In this document: positions 58,612-64,000 of the stretch, one piece after another
Layout of the letters: the number at the start of each line of letters is the position of its first letter
Numbering within the stretch: the first letter of the stretch is position 1
NCBI GenBank assembly: GCA_950097015.1
Contig: CATNEN010000011.1
Span: 1,488,001 to 1,552,000 of the forward strand
Direction: 5' to 3'
Source of the DNA: Macrostomum hystrix
Taxonomy: Eukaryota > Animalia > Platyhelminthes
DNA length: 64,000 bases
Translations under genes and position numbers: made by a program
The notes under the pieces: generated by a model
Seen by the model: only the letters and a program-made list of their open reading frames with translations
Database searches by the model: none
Told to the model about the DNA's origin: nothing

Positions 58612-61168
58612 ATGCACTCGCCAGGCATTCGTCAGTCGCCACGCGCAGCAGCAGCCGGTTCAGTGGCCGGCCCGTCCGGTGTTTCTGGCCCAGGCCGGGG
58701 TCGCAGCTGGATTGACGCAGATTTTCGTCGCGACATCGCCAGGCAACGCGAGAAAGTTGAAGACGTCTTCGAATTCGAAGGCTGCAAAGTTGGTCGAGGA
58801 ACCTACGGCCACGTGTTCAAATCCAAGAAGAAATCAGGCGACGATCAAAAGGAATACGCGCTGAAGCAGATCGAAGGCTCCGGCTTATCAATGTCGGCCT
58901 GTCGCGAGATTGCTCTACTGCGCGAGCTGTGCCATCCGAATGTGATCGCTCTGCAGCGAGTGTTTCTGTCGCACGACACGCGCAAAGTTTGGCTATTATT
59001 CGACTATGCCGAACACGATCTCTGGCATATTATCAAGCATCATCGCACGGCCAAGGCTAGCAAAATGAAGGTGTTTGTGCCACGGAATATGGTTAAGAGC
59101 CTGATGTACCAGATTCTGAATGGCATTCACTATCTGCATACCAATTGGGTGCTGCATCGAGATCTCAAGGTAAATATTTTTGTGCTTTACCTCTTCTTCA
59201 AGACCGCTTCGTCCTCATCTTCAGGACCGCTTCCTTCTCATCATCAGGAACGCTTCCTCCTCATCTTCACGACCGCTTCCTCCACATCTTCACGACCGCT
59301 TCCTCCACATCTTCACGACCGCTTCCTCCTCATCTTCACGACCGCTTCCTCCACATCTTCACGACCGCTTCCTCCTCATCTTCACGACCGCTTCCTCCAC
59401 ATCTTCACGACCGCTTCCTCCTCATCTTCAGGACCGCTTCCTCCTCATCATCAGGACCGCTTCCTCCTCATCATCAGGACCGCTTCCTCCTCATCTTCAC
59501 GACCGCTTCCTCCTCATCTTCACGACCGCTTCCTCCACATCTTCACGACCGCTTCCTCCTCATCTTCACGACCGCTTCCTCCACATCTTCACGACCGCTT
59601 CCTCCTCATCTTCACGACCGCTTCCTCCACATCTTCACGACCGCTTCCTCCTCATCTTCACGACCGCTTCCTCCTCATCTTCAGGACCGCTTCCTCCACA
59701 TCTTCACGACCGCTTCCTCCTCATCTTCACGACCGCTTCCTCCTCATCTTCACGACCGCTTCCTCCTCATCTTCACGACCGCTTCCTCCACATCTTCACG
59801 ACCGCTTCCTCCTCATCTTCACGACCGCTTCCTCCACATCTTCACGACCGCTTCCTCCTCATCTTCACGACCGCTTCCTCCTCATCTTCACGACCGCTTC
59901 CTCCACATCTTCACGACCGCTTCCTCCTCATCTTCACGACCGCTTCCTCCACATCTTCACGACCGCTTCCTCCTCATCTTCACGACCGCTTCCTCCACAT
60001 CTTCACGACCGCTTCCTCCTCATCTTCACGACCGCTTCCTCCACATCTTCACGACCGCTTCCTCCTCATCTTCACGACCGCTTCCTCCACATCTTCACGA
60101 CCGCTTCCTCCTCATCTTCACGACCGCTTCCTCCTCATCTTCACGACCGCTTCCTCCTCATCTTCACGACCGCTTCCTCCTCATCTTCAGGACCGCTTCC
60201 TCCTCATCTTCAGGACCGCTTCCTCCTCATCTTCAGGACCGCTTCCTCTTCATCTTCACGACCGCTTCCTCCTCATCTTCAGGACCGCTTCCTTCTCATC
60301 TTCAGGACCGCTTCCTCATCTTCAGGACCGCTTCCTTCTCATCCTTTGTGGCGTTTCGCCTCATACTTTCATGCATTCATGCTTAGTGAATTCGTGTCCA
60401 ATCTATTTTTTTGTCTTTAATACCGCTTCCTGTATTCTCTTAGTTGAGCAATCCTGCTCATAGGCCTTGTGTTATGTATATAGCAATGCATTTTTCAGAT
60501 AGCTATGGACCTTGCGGATACAAATTATTTGTGTCTCTAAGCTGAGCACTGCAAGGCTGCTTGTTAGTCATTAATAATATTCTTGAGCTGAGGCTCCATT
60601 CTTCCGATTGCCATTTAATCCGAAGAGAAATCCTCATTCTAATCCATATGTATAGTGTATGAGGCCTCTTCAATCTTCTGCCATATGTTTAAAATCATTT
60701 CCTTCGTCCTAGGCGAGAAAATATTTTAAGATGACGTATTTCATAGTCATAGTTACTCCCGCCGTTTACCTTTTAATTTTTTTAGCCCGCGAACATCCTA
60801 GTGATGGGCAACGGTCCGGAGCGTGGCCGAGTGAAAATAGCCGACATGGGATTTGCCAGACTGTTCAATCAGCCTTTGAAACCTCTGGCAGAATTAGATC
60901 CGGTTGTGGTCACATTCTGGTACCGCGCGCCGGAATTACTACTGGGCGCCAGACACTACACTAAAGCCATCGATCTCTGGGCTATTGGCTGCATTATGGC
61001 CGAACTGCTCACCTACGAGCCGATCTTTCACTGCCGTCAGGAGGACATCAAAACTAGCCAACCGTATCATCACGATCAGTTAGATCGCATCTTTACAGTC
61101 ATGGGCTATCCCAAGGAGCAGGACTGGCGGGACATTGTGCACATGCCCGAGTATCAGCGAATGACTAG
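58612..61168 (+). CDS. CDK8: Cyclin-dependent kinase 8 (partial; exons 58612-59169 and 60786-61168; the gene continues beyond the window)
   Basis: [22 protein letters not shown]|[27 protein letters not shown]; SMSACRE and DMG are CDK8/19 signatures. Phase-0 intron 59170-60785. Confidence 0.93.
59190..60340. repeat. 23-bp minisatellite (ACCGCTTCCTCCTCATCTTCACG), about 50 copies, in CDK8 intron 1
   Basis: The 23-nt unit gives a 23-aa repeat in all three frames. Confidence 0.95.
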
Positions 61169-61254
61169 GTCTGCTATTTTCTTATTTCCAAAAAAATTGT
61201 AGTTCGTTGCTTTTTTAACTTCCGTTACTTTTAACTTCTTCGTTATTTATATTG

Positions 61255-64000
61255 ACTTGACTTATCTGCAGGGCGGTCCGACGGACGCAGCGGGGAGGCG
61301 GGAGTCGCCCATTCCGCTAATCCCTGAAAGACCCGCAATCGACCGATGGCGCGGGGCCAGTCAGGGAGGTCCGTGTTCGGTCCTTCCTGCAGCTTGTTCC
61401 TCGCTGGGGAAGAAAGAGGCTCGTCTGGTAGCCCTTAGGAACCGGACGAGCCGCGGGATGTTCTCGGATCTGCAAACATCGTCCATTGATGGGTTTGGTC
61501 CGAGGTGATTGAGCCTCTCTCTGGTGAAGAAAGGGCAGTGGCAGACGAAGTGCAGGGCATCCTCGTCCTCAAGGTTGCAGAAAGGGCACAGCTCACTCCG
61601 GAGGTCTCCACGGAGGAAACAGTGTCTGGCGTAGCAGCCATGGCCCGTGAGGGTCATGGTGAGGGCCCGGATGTCCTTCCGGGTCTGGTTCAGAAGGACC
61701 TTCCGGAGCCGAGCGGATGGCACTGGAACTGCCGCTTTGGATTGGCGGCAGTTAGTGGTGCTTCTCCACCGGGTAAGATGGAGGTTGGCGGTCCAATCAT
61801 TAATCTGACGATAAATGACGGTGCTCGGAATCGGAGCCGGGGGGGAGGGGCCCGGCGCAGAGCTGGCTCCTCCCTGCTTGGCCAGGTGGTCAGCAAGCTC
61901 GTTACCAGGGAAACCGGCGTGCCCTGGTATCCACTGAAGTCTGACGGTATTCTTACCGGCCAGGTTATTGAGCTGCCGGACGCAGTCGGAGACTGTCCGG
62001 GAGGTTGTGGTGGTGTGACAGAGGGCTTGCAGAGCAGCCTGACTGTCCGAGTGAAAGATGATAGTCCTGCCTGAGATGTTTTTCTCATTCAACTCCGCAG
62101 CGCAGGAGCTGATGGCCAGGACCTCGTTCTGGAAAACGCTCGAGGATTTTCCAGTGTGTTGGGCGTGTGTGGCGACAACACGTCCGTTGATAAGGATACA
62201 GACCCCGAAGCCAGCGGAGCCATCCTTCATGGATCCGTCCGTGTAGCAGTGGACCTCCTGGGTGTTCCAGTGGTCGCTAACTTGGTCCCTGGTGGGGATG
62301 AGAACCTTAAAGCGCTGAAGGAGGTTGAGCGAGCACGGTTCACCGTCCGTAAGGACATTGATTCCGTTGCTCGCACCCAAGTCTCTCAGGCAAAGGTCCG
62401 TGTGCGGCAGGAGCTTTCGCTTCGCTGCCGCTCGTTGGGGGACGAAGCGCACACCGGCATCAAGGAGACGCCGGGCGGTTTTTGCCGCCTCCCCGCGGAT
62501 AAAGATATCGAGCGGGAGGATGTTCAAGAAGGCGTTGAGGCCATCGAAGGGGGCGGATGGCGGGGCGCTCATGATCGTCCGACATGCGCGACCTTGCACT
62601 CTCCGAAGAGTCTCATGGCAGGTCTTAAGCTGAAGGGCGCTAGCCCAGATCAGTCCGGCGTACGAGACAGCCGGCCTGACCATAGCAGTGTAGATCCACC
62701 ATAGGCGTTTGGGGGTGAGACCCCACGTGTTGCCCACCGCCCTGCGCAGCTGCGCCAGGATCGCAAAGGCCTTTTTGGCTTTGGCATGGACATGAGGAGT
62801 CCAGCTGAGCCTGTGATCGAGCGTTATGCCCAGGCATTTAGTTTGCTTCTGGAAGGTGATGTCCTTTCCATACAGCTGGAGGGGGCGAATATGCCATTTG
62901 TTTTTGCTGGTGAACATGATCGCCGCTGTCTTAGACTCGGAGAGCTTCAGACCGCAGCGAGTTGCCCATCTTTCGGCGTTGTTGATAAAGTTTTGCAGAA
63001 GGTCTCGGAGGGCCTCTGGTACCGGGCCAGATGCCACTGCCGTAACATCATCCGCATAGCCGACCTTTAGGATGGGGTCTGGCTGAGAGTCTCGTAAGAG
63101 CTCGTCGATAACCATGTTCCAGAGAACTGGTGAGAGGACGCCGCCTTGTGGGCAACCTTTGCAGACAGTGACCGTCCGCTGGTGTCCAAGAAGGTGTGCC
63201 GTAGCAGTGCGGTGGCGGACCATGTACATGATCCACCTCCTAAGATGCGAATGCGTGTGCCGCATACGTAGGGCCCTGTCAAACGCCTCGAAGAGAACGT
63301 TGTCGAAGGCCCCGTCAATATCCAGGAAGATGCTCAGGGCAAAGCCGTTCCCGAGGACGGCCTTTTCCAGAGCGTCCACCAGAGCGTGGAGAGCGCTTTC
63401 GGTGGAACGTCCCGACCGAAAGGCGTGTTGATTGCCGCTTAGTGGCATATTTTTCAGCTCCACAGAGAGGAGGCGCCAGAGCACCAATCTCTCCATCAGT
63501 TTGACCATGGTGGAGGTAAGGCTAATTGGCCGAAACGATTTAATGGAATGGTAGTCCGGGCGGCCTGGCTTGGGGATAAAAACCACCCTCGCCTCGGTCC
63601 ATGCCTTCGGAACATACCCAAGCACAATGCAAGCCTTAAGGAGCTTGCAAAGATTTGTGAGGAAGCCATGGCATTTTACCGCCTCGCGGATGAAGGCTGG
63701 TATAATGCCGTCCGGCCCCGGGGATTTGAAGGGTTTGAAAGACTGGGCTGCCTTGGTAACCCGGTCTTCAGTAATGATGGACGTCGCAAGGATATGACCT
63801 CCCTCGGTGTGATCCGGGGGGTCTGTCCCTGCTGGCACGCTGGGGAAAAAGGCTGTGAGCATAGTGTCGAGCGTTTCCCCAGGGTTCTCGGTGGGTCGGC
63901 CATCGGCCTTCCTCACCGTCGAAAGCTTGGACATTTTGTCCAGCGTGAGGGCTTTGACAATTCTGGAGGTGGGGCGAGTGCCCTCAAGCTCCTCACAGTA
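61255..64000 (-). mobile_element. Non-LTR retrotransposon (LINE) with RT + RNase H + CCHC (LOA/Lian-like, I group), antisense in a CDK8 intron; 5' part outside the window
   Basis: ORF open from 64000 to 61361: SPGPDGI, VVFIPKPGR...FRPISLTS, QHAFR, PQGGVLSP, YADD; RNaseH YTDGS / SDSQAAL / WIPGH..GNELAD; CPFC..EDALHFVCHC. Confidence 0.92.

Noticed and set aside
59170-60463. C-terminal 400 aa of the 602-aa CDK8 ORF and the two overlapping 413/427-aa ORFs
   Set aside because: Read-through into an intron (AAG|GTAAAT at 59170); a 23-bp repeat is open in all frames; the kinase resumes at 60786.

Overview
Eukaryotic, intron-rich animal genomic DNA: GC-rich exons with poly-Q/A tracts, AT-rich introns filled with minisatellites, and tRNA-derived SINEs. 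The style suggests a flatworm such as Macrostomum, which is inference only. Exons were joined by hand using GT-AG sites and phase. Genes in order: an intronless 1005-aa tandem LRAT/NlpC-P60-fold protein (+); a disrupted ankyrin-Mab21/cGAS-like receptor (+); an apparently MH1-less Smad (-); an intronless vWA protein (+); an NGLY1/PNGase with a Trx-PUB-transglutaminase-PAW-PAW architecture (-); metaxin (-); a non-coding micro-exon host gene with 5-6 paralogous intronic C/D-box snoRNA candidates (-); ARL2 (-); KLHDC10 (-); a C2H2 zinc-finger gene (-); a Topors-like RING E3 (+) whose intron holds a young intact Ty3/Gypsy element with apparently identical 224-bp LTRs; and CDK8 (+) with an RT-RNaseH LINE in a downstream intron. 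Also present: three SINE families (one with a CORE-like domain), a MITE, and about 13 tandem repeats that account for most of the long spurious ORFs. The best leads are the snoRNA host cluster, the PNGase architecture, the LRAT/cGLR pair and the MH2-only Smad.
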